NCBI GenBank assembly: GCA_001949185.1 | Contig: BDGG01000008.1 | Span: 372,001-436,000 of the forward strand | DNA: 64,000 bases | DNA from: Ramazzottius varieornatus | Taxonomy: Eukaryota > Animalia > Tardigrada | Reading direction: 5' to 3' | Shown: positions 11,801-25,632 of the stretch, one piece after another | How positions within the stretch are numbered: the first letter of the stretch is position 1 | Layout of the letters: each line of letters opens with the position of its first letter | Made by a program: the position numbers and the translations under genes | Notes under the pieces: model-generated | What the model was told of the DNA's origin: nothing | Databases searched by the model: none | What the model saw: only the letters and a program-made list of their open reading frames with translations

Positions 11801-14800
11801 ATAGGTAACTAGACCATTGTTCCCTGCGTCCACGTCGGTGGCCTCGACGCTTCCCACGACAACGCCTGCTTTGACGTCACTGGAAATGTCAAACTCGAAG
11901 GACGAGGAAGTCCATTCGGGGGAGTTATCATTCTCGTCCACAATCTCAATCATGACCGGAATTTGCGACTGAGGCAGTGCGGGGTTTGTGGGATCGAAAG
12001 CCTGGACGTGCACTGTGATGTTATCACCTAACGTTTCCCGATCCAATTGGCTCTGGACATACAGGACACCCCGCTTCTCATCTAGACTAAATAGAGCGGA
12101 AGGCTCTAATAGCCGAAACTGGACGGCTTGACTCTCCGCCGCAGCGTCCTTATCAGTGGTCCGCAGCTGGATCAACTCTTTTCTTAATGGAGAGTTTTCC
12201 TTGATTTTGACCACGTAAGCCGAGCGATCGAAAACTGGCGGATTATCGTTGAAATCACCCACTGGAAAATAAAACGTGTTAGAAAAAGGCTCGTAGAAAG
12301 ATGGCTTGTGAAAACTCAAGCGTCTTTCAAAGAGAGGATTTCGGAGATGAATTGGTCGATAAGTAGTTGGCTCTTGTTCGGGAAATTTTCAGTCGGAAAT
12401 ATTTTAAAAAAATATTTCGGACATGTGTGGTGGTACTACTATAATATTCTAGGAGCTCGAAGTAGGTGGAGTGCATTACCGACGATCTGGATTGTTGTCC
12501 TTGACTCCAGAGATGGCTTGCCATGATCCCGAGCTGTCACTTCCACTATATACTCTTCCCTCTTTTCGCGATCGAGGAGCTTGGTGGTGACGATGGCATA
12601 TGTATCGTCCTGCTGTTGCTTCAGGCCAAATGTGTCACTTTGCAAAAAGCAAACAACCCGTGCGTTGTCTCCGGCGTCCTTATCGCTCAGCCTAAAAAGC
12701 ACGAATTTAACCTTTGCGGACGGCCATAACGCTCTTTCCGTCAAATTTTGTTCTTTCCATTCATACTTGAAATGTAGAGAGCGATAGAAATGCAAACCTG
12801 ATCAGTGCCACAAAAGACCCTACTGGCGCATCCTCGGAAATGAAGGCAGCAGTGGCTTCCGGTGGAAAGTACGATATATCAATTAGAGGAGGCTGCAATG
12901 CACAAGAAAAGTGAGAAGCTGCATACACACATCTTCACAGAGTGCGAAAGTTACGTAAGATATTTCGGTTCATTTTCTAGTATTTCCATCTTGAGTATTT
13001 GGAACGTCGGCAATGACTTGCACATGATCGATATCTTAAGTGAAGCACGTTCCCGTTGCTTTTGGCTAGAACTATGCGCCAATTGAAAAAAAAGGATCTT
13101 GCTTGGGGCCTTTGCTGACGTCGCAGTCTTCCCGTCAGTCGACCGGTTTTTGTATATTAATGTTTTCTGGACTTCGATAAGTTCGGTTTTGAAGTTACCT
13201 GGTCGTTAAGATCGTCGACGTTGACAGTGACGAGCGCTGTGGCTTCTAACGGCGAAAGACTTTTGTCCCTGGCGACCACCCATACTTTGTGGGAGTCTTT
13301 CACTTCACGGTCCAGTTCCGATTTAAGATGGATTTCCCCTGTTTCACTGTCAATGTCGAAAATATCTCTGGCCAGCTTGGATGTGATACTGGCGATTTCG
13401 TAGGCCAGTTCTCCATTGCGGCCCAGATCGCCGTCCGATGCATGCACCTTGAGGATACGCGTCCCTCGTGGGACATTCTCTTGCACGCGCACCACGTACT
13501 CTGGATCATCGAAGTTAGGTCGTTGATCGTTAGCGTCCAGGACTAGGAGGAAGAAAGAAAATAGTAGGGATTAGTCAATCTTAAGATGGAAACAAGGAGG
13601 AGAAAATCATTAGTGGAATATTAGCTGGTATTAAGCAGCGCGGTTCCCCGCGCTAATCTGTTACTTGATCGAACGTGAAAGTATTACGAACGTCTTACTG
13701 TAAGACGCTCTATCTTTAAAATTCGATACACTCGGAAAGCTCTACTCCTCTCAGCAGTTACCAGTGTGAGAGTGTCAAGCTACTAGCCTGGGTTCACCAC
13801 ATTTTTTTCACCTACAATACTTCCGCGTCTGGCTACTTTTCCGAGCATGCATGAATACGGCCAGAGAACTTCCCCAAAAATTCAAGAAATATATCCGCAA
13901 AGGGGGTTGGTATGTGTATCAGTAGTAGGTCGACCTGTGCAGGGAGCCACACAGGCAGATTTCCGGGCCGTTATATGCTTTTCCGCCCATTTGCAACGCA
14001 TCACGCAAGGGTAATACACTGCAACAGCTGGAAGGCAGCGAACAGTAATTCTAGCGCGTTAGTCCGCGGGATTGCCTGCGGACTCTTTTACATTCCTCCT
14101 GCGGATCTATAATCGAGCAATTACCCAGCCGAATGGGGACTCGATAATTGTCTTTCGCGTTCTCGGCGGAACTTTGCTTGTCAATTAGGTGGCCGTCGAA
14201 TATTTTAAAGTAACCACACAGAGGGGCTGTAGCGCTACTTTTGGAGGTTGTTTGGCTTCTATTGACAATCCATACACGTTCGTTGTGGACCCAATTGATG
14301 TTGCACTGTCCTAATTAGAGTACCAGAAAGGATACTCCCTGTGTAAACTCCCGGCGTATGTTGTGCATTGACACAAGCAAGAAAAAACAAGATGGATGTC
14401 CTCGGTTCGAGAAAAAATCAATTGTTTCCATCAAGTAGAAGGCCAAGAAATCAATTGATAGAAGAAGCAGTAAATCAACATTTCCCTCCAATATGCATAA
14501 GAGCGTATGGAGAAGCTGATCTTTGTTCTTTAAGTTGTGAGTCAAGTGTTGCATCACAAGTTTGTTTGGTTAAAATGCGATACTCAAATTACATTCAACA
14601 ATAGAGTGCCATTTGAAAAACTTCTTTGTGTGCGTATGCTGTACGTGACCTAGAGCACATGTAGACGTTATATATACCGGTTTCAATTTCCAATCAAAAT
14701 ATGAGATTTATTTTTGACTCTTTCCTTCCTCGACAAGAAAGGGATATGGTTTTCCTATGATATTTATCTTTTGAAGTAGCTGTTTAATTTTATGGCGGTC

Positions 14801-16483
14801 GCGCAGTCGACGGTAAAGTTTGACACTTTTGACTTTCAGTTTATTTTTCTAATTAAGAAAGTGATCGAAGACTTGATTTATGGTGGCATTTACAGATCAT
14901 CAAATTTTTATCCGATGGATGAACTCTGGCAAAATTTTTCCTCGCACGACTGTCAGAAGTCTCATATGTCACAGTTGAACAATCACACCGACAAGTTTCT
15001 TTTCATGAACGAAAAAGACTCCGAAGCGACCCTATGGTTTTCACCGAGAATTACAGCAACTCTGGTCGTCAGGCGTCTCGCCTGATCAATTTGCCGGCTT
15101 TGTTCAGGCGGCAAACATTACAGGTATGACATTGCAGCGAGGGTTTAATGGCCAGATACATCTTGACAAGCGAGCGAAAGAATTTTCCGCCGCTGTCAAG
15201 CACCTGCATACCACGAACCAGGCCACGCATACTACCCAGTGTGTTTGTAGGTTCGTGACGGTCCAGCAGATATGCTGTTATCACGTTAACGAAACCGCCG
15301 ACTACCAGCATACGACGGACTGTGCCAAATTTGCCGTGCAGGGTGTATGAAGGTTTGTGATGAATCTAACAGGTCTGTTCGACGTTGTTCAGATTCTATC
15401 TTTGACAAGGAAAGACTCGATATTTCATGCATACCTTGAACGACGATGTCGATTGAGCCGACAAGGGCCGGGTTCCCTTGATCTTTGGCCTGGACGGAGA
15501 AGGCATAAAAGTCCCGGGATTCTCTGTCCAATGGAGCAGTTAATTGCAAGAAGACGTCTTGTGTCTCAGCGTTAACACTGTTAATTATGACGAAAGGAAT
15601 GTCTTTGCCGGCTTTGGTGAGGGAAGACTTTAATGAGTACTCGATTTGCGAGGCTTTGCTGCCGATCTGATCCAAGTCGACAGCTGAGGGAATTTGGAAC
15701 TTGGTCCCCACTGGCTGACTTTCTAAAATTTCCAGTAACAATTCCCGTTGTGGAAACTGGGGAGCATTGTCCTGTCAAATCAAAACGGAAGCTTCAAAAC
15801 TGACCATGGCAAAGACCCTAGATTATCAGCAACTCATGATGCAAAGACACATGCGAAGTACTTCAAGCTGGCTTAAAATACACAATAAACGTAAACACTC
15901 AACACACGCTTAATCGTGCGGCTCAAACGCTTACCTGTCCAAAAAAATGACATTATAAATGGAAAAGAGCATGAAATATTCTGAATATTCAAGTAAGTAG
16001 TTTAAAATATTCCCGAATAATTAGAAAGAAAAGTAAGTTAAAGAGAAATTGGGTGCGTCAGACTTCGACGTGTTTGATGAAGCAAATAATAGCCCTTATT
16101 TTTCGACTTACGTTGATGTCCAGTAATTCCACTTTGATTGGGATAATCTGGAACTGATGCAATGGCAGCGTAATAACGGGGATATCAAAGTAACAATTAA
16201 CATCTTCGCGTGGGCAAAGGGTTTCGCGGTCCAATTTTATTGCTGTCGTAATCTGCCCACTGGTATCGTTGATGTGGAAGAATCCCTTCTTGTCATAGCC
16301 CCGTAGAAACCCAAATTTCAGGTCTTGTCGATGGGTCAGGTTTTTGGGCAGTTGTTCCCGGACATCGGCTACAAACGTGCCGGCCAGTTGTTCTTCAACC
16401 ACCGGATAAACCTTGGCCGCATGCGCCATATTGACCACATTTACATAAATCAACAGAGAAACAGCAATCAATAATGTGTCCAT
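5870..16483 (-). CDS. Protocadherin-like cadherin (signal peptide, about 6 EC repeats, TM, long cytoplasmic tail); about 9 coding exons
   Basis: Approximate exons 16112-16483, 15435-15771, 13199-13543, 12797-12893, 12480-12690, 11514-12262, 11061-11375, 6728-6838, 5870-6410. Repeated LDRE, DxND and A.D.D motifs. EC1 has LDRETLC-x6-C, typical of protocadherins. The TM helix is followed by RRKSK. Confidence 0.85.
7799..7936. repeat. Palindromic element family A, tandem pair
   Basis: ACCTGCATACA-N28-TGTATGCAGGT at 7799-7848 and 7887-7936. Confidence 0.8.
10702..10752. repeat. Palindromic element family A, single unit
   Basis: ACCTGCATACA-N29-TGTATGCAGGT. Confidence 0.8.
15202..15354. repeat. 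Palindromic element family A, degenerate pair
   Basis: ACCTGCATACC-N29-TGTTTGTAGGT (15202-15252) and ACCAGCATACG-N29-TGTATGAAGGT (15304-15354). Confidence 0.65.
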
Positions 16484-17513
16484 TTTACGACGGTTGGGTC
16501 GTAACGTTTCGTTAACGATAGCCTTCGGAACCTTCTGGGAGCTAGTTAGTGGTTAACGGGAAGACTGATTGCAACCTTGGGCGAATTTGTCACGGGAAAG
16601 GGGGAAAATATCAACGGCAGGAAATTAGTGGTTCAACATGTCAGCAACACATGGGATAAACGCCCAAATTCAAGAAAAGCTCCCGACACTAATAACGATA
16701 ATATTTGGCTGCCGTATGGCTGAAAGATACACATGTAATAACATCCGATGTGTCCATGAGAAAATCAATGCGAATGGTCAAATTCCGCGGCGCAAACAAG
16801 CGAAACTGACCAGCGGATATTCTTTCACCTTCACCAACTATCAACACGATTTGAATTGCCGGCGAGAAACTTCACTGGTATGGAGTATGCAATGGGAACC
16901 GCACAGTCATACGCAAACATGGGCAAAAATGCGAACTGAATATTCCTCAGTAGCACTTTGCAAACCAAAGTTTTGATCGACGAGAATATCCACTGAGCCT
17001 CACTCTAGCTTGTCAGGATGTGGCACAATATAGTACACACATGGGAGGATAGACTTTCCTTCCGGTCTAGCCTCTCTTCTGCCACCCAATGATAAAAGAG
17101 AGCAGCATCCTTGCGCTCACCAGCTGCTCTGACTTCCCTTTGATCCATTTTCGCGGCTGTGAGCAGTCTATTTGATGGTTGGTAGCGCTAGCCACCGCCC
17201 ATCCATCGATCTACCCTCACACCCACATCAAGATGCGCAGTACCAATGAATCCAGTTACTAGATGCGCGTACGTACGACTACGCAGGTGGGACAGTGAGA
17301 AGCCTTCAATTCACTGTTTGGGAAGACTCTACAATGCCATATCATATTAATTTTTATTCTCATTACATATTTTCTTTTGAGTTTTTCGTTTGGGGGTATG
17401 CCCCGTAACGATGGAGTGGGTATCTGGACCGGACGTGGACGTCATCGCTGTGACGCTGTCCAGTTGGCTGAGTGACCGAAGGCGTTTTGTTTGCCGGTGA
17501 GGCCTCACCTCAC

Positions 17514-17556
17514 CTGGTCAATAAGTGCCCTGTTGAAGAGGGAACCTTTCATATAC
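17514..17556 (-). other. Probable 5' UTR exon of the protocadherin gene
   Basis: On the minus strand a pyrimidine-rich TTTTGCAG acceptor and a CAG|GTGAGG donor bracket a ~43-nt segment 1 kb upstream of the start codon. Confidence 0.4.
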
Positions 17557-20500
17557 CTGCAAAAGTAAAGAAGAAATGAAATGCGCCGAATCCATTTCCG
17601 ACCAAACAATGCGCGTCAAGAGGGTGCAGACAATGGCCGAATTTAGATAGCTCAGGGAAGGGAAACAAGCAGCGGGGTTCGAAACAATTGGCCGCAACCA
17701 TAGCAGATTGCAGTCAATGCTCGAAATATTCCGGGCCAATGACTATTGTTACAGGAACAAGTACAGGTGGACGGAAAGAACGCCGGCTTTTGTGGCCGTA
17801 AAATATAGGCAATATAGCGCCCGAATTAGCCTCCACACTGTCTTGTTCAGCAGTGACCGCAACAATGCGCCCAATTAACAATCTGGAGCAGAGTCGATCT
17901 GCGGTATTTTAATGAAAAATATTTCCTCAGTCTACCCAATTGAACCAGGCCAAGCCAGCTCAAGTGTCTTAAGAAGTCCATTATTCTTCGAAACTCAATG
18001 CCGCCAAGGATATTTGCAAAATCAAATGCCTCATCAATGGCAAAGACTTGTCAGATACCAGCGGTCAGTGAAGGACACCTAACGGGATTTTCGAACATCT
18101 GCAGTCGACATATAAATTTTAATGACTCGATTTCGACACGATATAAATAGTGCTGTGGAGCTGGCGCTCCCCACATGTTCGAAATTCACACTACCATATC
18201 CACCTCCTAAACAGCAACTTGGTATCTTGAACGTATTTGAGTCTTGCTTTCGCATTTGAAACCTTGAAATGGGGACCGTTTAGGATCGGCTAAGTTTTCC
18301 GAGCCGGGGTGGCGTTTCGCAGTTCGCCAGGTTTTCCCACGCTGCCACGCCCTATGTTATATCCAACTGACATCGAAATTATGGACCTTTCTAAGCCAAT
18401 ATTCAACACCGAAAGACGTAATGGCCTGAGCAATGGTCAGGCTTGCATGGATGTCCGCATGAGTGGCAAAAGCGACACTCAAAGGGTTCTGCTTATCACA
18501 CCGGCTGCTTTTCCGGTCATTTTCATATTTCGCCTCTCAATATCAAAATCAAAATGTGACGCGACAGCATGGCGGCCTCGTGATAGCTGAATTTGTATAA
18601 TAGTAGCAATTGTTGGGTAAGCATGATGACCAGGCTGGCATGGTGTAAAGCTGCTAAGCATGTTGAGCACGTTTTCGGAACTCGCTTTGTCGTTACACCT
18701 CTACCTGGGCAAAATACGTTTCTGTTTGCCTTGGCGCTCCTGTTTTCCTATTTCCTATTCCCACTACCCTCCCCGGCGATATTGTATGGTATTAAGAGAC
18801 CTCAGCAGGACATCCAAGCGCCTATATCCATGCATGCACCTATAATGAGTGCATACGAGAGATAATAACAGCTTGCCTAATGTCGCTCCGGCAAGAGTTT
18901 GTCCAGTGCCTGCCAGTAAAACGAGCCTTTTCCGAACACCTGTCTTCCTTGAGCATGCATAGAGAAAGGGTTTGTAATGGGAGACGGACGCGTGCCGCTC
19001 GCTTCTGCTCCCCTTTTCCTAAATCTGCCTTCCCGTGCTTTCATTCAAAGTCTACTCCTATCGAAGCCCTCTTTCCAGGGAATATTTTGTTAACTTTTAC
19101 TGGCGTGCCGCGTTGACAGTCCCTCGTTCAGCTTTCATGTCTAATCAAAACAAGAATCGGTTGCAAGAGTAACAGAAGGTATCCGCTTGGTACGACGCTC
19201 GCGCCTATGAAATACAAAGATTGGCTGGGAATTCTGTCACTTTATCCCATTGAGAATGTGCCTGAAACCGGAACTGCATTGCCGGCTTTTTGTTCGCAGT
19301 GGAATTGGTCTTGTTCAGGCCTGAATTATCAGCCAGTATTGGGCGCCCGGCAGCAACGTAGCCCTTGTTACCGCGCATTGTTAGTTCCATCTCAAACTTG
19401 CCAGACTTTATTCCCCACACAAACCTTTCCTGAAACCTAATCAAAAATTTTACAATGTTTTATTTCGAATCAAATACGGGCACGAGGAACTTGCGTGTGC
19501 AGAGAGACCTGACCCGGTGTTTACAGTATTCTAAACAAGGAAGATCGATGGCCTGCCGAACTAGCAGCTTGAACTATGGCTGAGAAGCTGGGACGCACCA
19601 GGCGTAACCATCTTTATAACACATCATCAATACAGTATGACCGGAAGATGATACTGCGTATCGACACGCCTAAGTCAAGACAGATCGGAATAGAGCGACC
19701 TCCCGCCAAGGGAGAGTAACTTGCTTGTTATCAGTTACAGCTTGCCAATATGTACCGCAATGCAAATATCGTTTCTTGCTCAATTCGATTATACTAAGAT
19801 GTACGGAGATCTGGATATAGGGGAACCGGTCCGTCAACCTCACCAGCCAAACTTGATTGAAATGAGATCCCAATCAACAGATGGTCCATCTACCCCAAAA
19901 GTGTCCATTACATACAGGCGCTGCATACGACTTTAAATATAGAAGAAGGAGACATATGTTGGAAGAGCATTGTTGTTGTGACTTTTCTTTATGGCCATAC
20001 CTGTTCGGCACTCGGCAATTATTGACTATAGAGGACCTTGTCTGGTTGGGAGGAAAGTAATGATAAAAGTGCGCCCGCTGCAGACAATTGCCGCTTTTAC
20101 TCTTTTATTCATACCGCGCAATCAAACGACCATCTGCCAGGTCTGCACTGCAGATAACCTGGCCACATTTCCTTCTTCGCGTCTCTTCAAAACCTAAAAT
20201 ACTCTTTCTCTCTTCGAACAAAGTATTATTCGTGCTGGCACGGCAGGGCTTGCGACGCCAAGCTGCGTCATCAGGAAGAGCATATTTTGAAATTTGCTGG
20301 ATTGCGGATCCAGTGGACCGCAATGACCAAGCTAAATCACGCTTGGTTCCCTTCCGCATGGTCATCCGTCTGTAGTGGTTCATGTTTTGTCCTGTCTGGA
20401 ATCACCACTAGACTTTAGACGGAAGACTGGAACTGCTGGACATGACGGGCCACAATCGGATCAGGATTAGCAATCCTTTTAAAATGGAACTCGGACATGC

Positions 20501-23500
20501 ACAACATGCTCGCTTGACCTGGCGAAAAATAAACTTTAAATTATAGGATTACAATATTTTGTCACACAATAAGCCACCAAATCCTCACCCAAACAAGTCT
20601 GGTTCAAACAGGGAACCGCGGCTAGCCTTTTTTTTAGTGAAAAAAACAGCTACGCAACGGAACCTTCGATGAACCTTGTAGAGTACCGAAAAGTTCATGA
20701 AAATTGTTTTCCGGAAAAATTACCAATACAATACTATTTTTCGGGATGCAATTAGGACGATTGGAGATACAAATTCAAGGCCATGCAATAGTTGGTTTAG
20801 CGTATCTGGCAATTAGAATGATGAGGATTATACGTCAACATCATGGGATTAGGTCCGTTTATCGCCGACTATCGGAAGCCTATCAAAATTATATTCCCAT
20901 CAACCTTTTCGGAACGCAACTCTGCTCATCGCAGAACTTATCTGTCGTGCATTTGATCGACACAGTATATCGACACCGAAAATACATAACTTGGGTCTGA
21001 ACGACTCTGCCGTCGCCACTTTGATGCACCAATCGTTTTCACATCACGTGAATGGATACTTTCGAAATGTAGAACCGGTATCTCTTAGCGAACGTGGGAA
21101 AACAGCCAGATGTGCGATGGTTCGTCAATCTATCTCCTCTAACGATGAACTTCGATTAGCGGGCATAATTTCTATATGATGCCAGATATTGCTACCAAGT
21201 ATCGCGAAGTGAACAAGATCAAACGTCATGATAGAGTCAAGTGCAGGGAACAAATGCTTGTTTTCTTTTCAGATGAAAGCCCCGCAGTGCTTCTGATATT
21301 CCTGATGGCGCTCAGCGTATCTCGATCGAGCTTCTCTAGACCATCTTTCTTCGGTCGGCAAGAACTCTCTATGAGAAACATTGGAACAAAAATTTTAAAG
21401 CCTGTGGTACGCTCATGTGAAACGTCGGCAAACGAATTGAACGTGATGTTTACATCAGATGGCGCTCTTTTTCATTCTGATGGGCTGAAGGGGTGCGCCA
21501 CTTGGAGAAACGATCAAGTTCAAGTCATTTACCGACGTCCCATTTTTCTTTCAGTAATGAGGGTTGTATTTTGATGGACGAGGCAAGTATTGTGCTCTAA
21601 TTGCTTTTCTGTCACACCCATGGGGGTCTTTTCTGACATTTGAGACGTTCTGTGGCGACAAAGTTATTAGATCAAACGGGCAAAAAATTGAATCAAGACT
21701 TTCGTCGACATATTACTTCCTCGTCTGGGTCCTAGCTCCTCTTTTCTTTCATGCCTGAAAGGCAAGAAGCTTCTCATGGAAAACACATTGAGTGTGGTGA
21801 GAGATGGAATAAAAGCCGGGTGAGCCTCGAATGGCTATAGAAAAACTCATAGAAAACCAATTAGGGAACTCTGCTTTCGAGCTCGAGTAGATGCGACGAC
21901 AGATCATGGAGGCTAATTACGCCCTATAGTCGAGATAACGTCTCATCAACAAGCTGAGCAAAGTGCTTCTCCGCGTCAGAAGACAAGCTCCTCATTTCGC
22001 TTCACAGTTCATCAGCGAAAAATGTCTGCTCGTCTGTCGGTCATTAGAAGATGATTTATGGTTTTTAAAAGCTCTGTCGTTCTTCTGCGCGATCCTTACA
22101 CGCTAGCTTGGATATTTTTTATCTCGAAGAACCACTTACACAAGCTCAACGCCTGCCAGGCAAATTAATAACCCTATACTCGATCGCACTGAAGAGAAGT
22201 CATTAACGTGAAACAATGTAAAGAGCCAACGAACTGACTGAACAAACAAGCACACGGAAGGCAATTTAGGAGTGACAGATGACCGTGTAGAATATTCCCT
22301 AGATCGTTTCTGGACAATCAGCTCATTACAGAAATCAATTTAAAATATACTCCCAGCTGCTGACGTGTCGATAATGATGCTAAAAATTCGATATAATTTA
22401 GGAGGGAACGTGGTAAACATGTCGGTCTAGTGACAGACTGACTTCCCGACATCCGCGAAGCCTCTTTTCAAACCTATTTGGATAAAGTTCGCCCTAATCA
22501 GTCCGCGTCGGTCCCTTTGGGCCGCACAATTTTCCGTCCATTTGATCTCGGAAGTTACATCCTATTTCTCAAGTCTGTCTGAACTCTCTGGACAGCGGCC
22601 AGACGAGCCCGTGGACAGTTCGCCCAGATGGACGCACGCGATCAAATTTACTCGGTCTCCCGGGGATTCATCTAAATGATGGAAAGAAGCACGCATGCAA
22701 TTCTATCTTGGAAAGGGCGGACAAGGGACGGACTGTCCACCTCTATCACTTCCACAATAGTTCATTTCTCGAAACCACCTAAAGGCTAATGCTACCGTAG
22801 AACGACCACTTTAGCCTGTACAGCGGTCAAGGTAGGCTACTTAGACCACTTTATTCTTATACTGGAATTATTCAGTGTGGACGGAATGGCGTGCGCCATA
22901 AGCCTCATTATATTTCCCAGAAGGAAGTGGAAAGTTGGCGCAGAGTCTGCTTGTCCACCTGCGTCCATCGATTTTCTAATCCTTCCAGTTGACAAAGCCT
23001 CTCTTTGAGCGTGACCCTAGACTCAAACTGATACAAATAAAGAGCTTTGTCAGCCTTAGTCGGGATAAGCAAACACCGTGAAACAATTCGGCAGACATAT
23101 TTGGCGCAGAAAGAAAGATCGTTTCATTGTCTGCTACACAAGAGGATGAGCTACTGAACGGTGGCGAAATTACGGCGATTAGTGCGGCGTTGGTCACGAC
23201 TCTCAAATTAGGCACAAAGTATGGCAGAAGTTCCTCTTCACCTCCATACCGAGGAATCCCTCAAGAAATAAAGCACACCAAATAGACGACAGATGTTCCA
23301 CCTACTCTTCGGTAAACTTATTAGGCATACCTTCTCCCCCTTTCATACCTTCAAAGACGATCCTTCTAGATTAGCTCGATCCGCTCAGGAAACATCAACT
23401 CGCCCCAGGTGATGCTTTCCTTATTGCCCATCGTTTCTTCGTCTTGAGCATGTCCCGCTGAAAGATTTGTCAATGAACCACGGGACAGTTTCCTCCTCAG

Positions 23501-25632
23501 GAATATATTAAGGATATATTATTACTAAAGTGTATTGGAGACTGCATCTTACGTGAGCGAGGAAAGGCTGGTTTCGTTTCTTCGGTCCGGTGGTGTTCGC
23601 ATGAACTGGCAGATGCCGGACATCATTTGCGGATCAAGTTTCGTTGAAGCGTAGAGTCATCCATCCATCGTAATCAGCTTGCGACTATGGCTTGACCAGT
23701 GTCCTCAGCGTAAAAAGCAGTGCAGTTCGACAGCGTCCCGTCTGGAACGCCATAGCGCGGTCTAACTGGTGACACAATTGGACAGAAATGGACACATGTC
23801 CGGCTGTAGACATGACTTCTAATTTTCAATGGGAACTGAGAGATATGAATCTGAATTTGAGCTTAATCGAATTAGCACCATCGAAATCCAGTTTCCAGAA
23901 TTTAAAATGGCTGATTTTGGACTAATGATTTGCACTCCAGATTCAAGAAATCCAAATCAAAACACAACAAAGGATTTGCCCTTGTTCATGTGATGAATCA
24001 AAATTTCATGAATTTACTCGCATTGATTGCTTGAAAGACTGCTAAAAGATCTGAAATAACGTTGAGAATGGGTGTAATGGTAGCGCCCTGTGGCACGTGT
24101 GACCGGTTACAGGTGGCAGTTTGCAGTCACATTATTCGATAATTTCCGCCTTCGAAGCTACTCGCACAAGAGAGATCGAATGACATCGTCAAACTCAAGT
24201 TCAAGAAGTAAATGTAGTGGAATAAATTGTTTGTTCGTTCGTTTTGTGGGGAGAGTAGTAAAGTGACACTTTACAAAGAAAACAGTGCTGAGAGGGACAA
24301 TCGACAAAGAGTCCTTGGTGTCGTCACCATCGTTAGCGCCTCAAGTTTCCTCCCGTCATCTGGACGAACTTTACGAAACCGATTCTCCCTTTGCACAAGG
24401 CGGTACAATTGAGATGGATGGGACGTCTGGCAGCGTTGTTATGTCTGGAATAAGGAGAAGAACAGGCCGGTAAAATGATGGCCATTGAAATGGAAATTCA
24501 GTGGGCAGTTGTATTGGTCATCAGTCCATTAGTCGCGGAAGAAAGGCGACCTTTACGCAACGATGGCCGGTTTCCTGCTGAGAAATCTGAATAGAACTCT
24601 TACCAGCATTGTTCCGGCACATAAAGCCAAGTAGGAAACTCGATGTCATTTTATCTTTGCGCTTCATTTTATGCACGTCCAGATGTCGGCATGGCCGCTA
24701 TCTGTCGCTTTTCATGGAGCGCCGCATGTTGTGAACTGTGCGGTCACTGTCGGCCGGACCTTGTCCAATTACTGCTTCCGGAAAGACTCAACAGCATGCC
24801 TCACTGATGGACAAGGCATACCGAAGATAAACAAGCTGCTAATTTATTATAAATCAAGGGCAACAGCGATGCATCAGCTGGGGGATGGCTGTGAGCAAAC
24901 ATCCCCAGTAAACATTGCGTCACTACCATGATCCAGCAGTTATAGTCATCGGCTGATCGAAATCCATTCTCCTCAAAGTTCGTTGGACTCAATTTTATTG
25001 ATATATTCTTCCATCCGGCCCCAATAACATATTGTAAACACCCACCTTGTCACGTACTCAACGAGACAAGTGAATATTCGATCGCCAATAAAAAAACTGA
25101 ATTCAATTCCATAAACTTCGGTAACAACCCGGAAGTATCTCCCCTCAACGTCCCACAAGTGGTCGTTTCACCGTAATTTTCCAAACAAGAACCACCACGC
25201 ATCTGTCCCTCGATTCGCATCGTTCCCTGTCAGCAAGAGTGAGTTTCAGCTACGTTCCTGATTCGATTACCTGGTCATTGTGCCGGTTGATACTTGTGCT
25301 GCACCGTCCACAGGACCACAGCCCTCGCGAGTAACCGTGATACTGATACCGACACCTCCGTTCGAATTTTGAGCCTCGAAACAAAACCAACATATTTAAC
25401 GTAATAAATAGTGTCACCACACCAAATCCGCGCGAAGAGTATTTACAATAGCTAACACTCTATAATGTCGTATTCCACAGAACGAAAACGGCAACGAACG
25501 TGGCAATCTAAAAACACCTGCGACAGAATACTTAATTCAGAAACAGCAACTGAGCACCACACGACAACCGGTCATGGTGAAGGAACTAAAAAAAGTAGAT
25601 TGGGTACCTTGAGCATGAAGTCTCTTCGGCTC

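Noticed and set aside
16638-25200. Numerous 60-130 aa ORFs upstream of the protocadherin
   Set aside because: Their lengths are those expected by chance, many start at non-ATG codons, and none has a recognisable motif.
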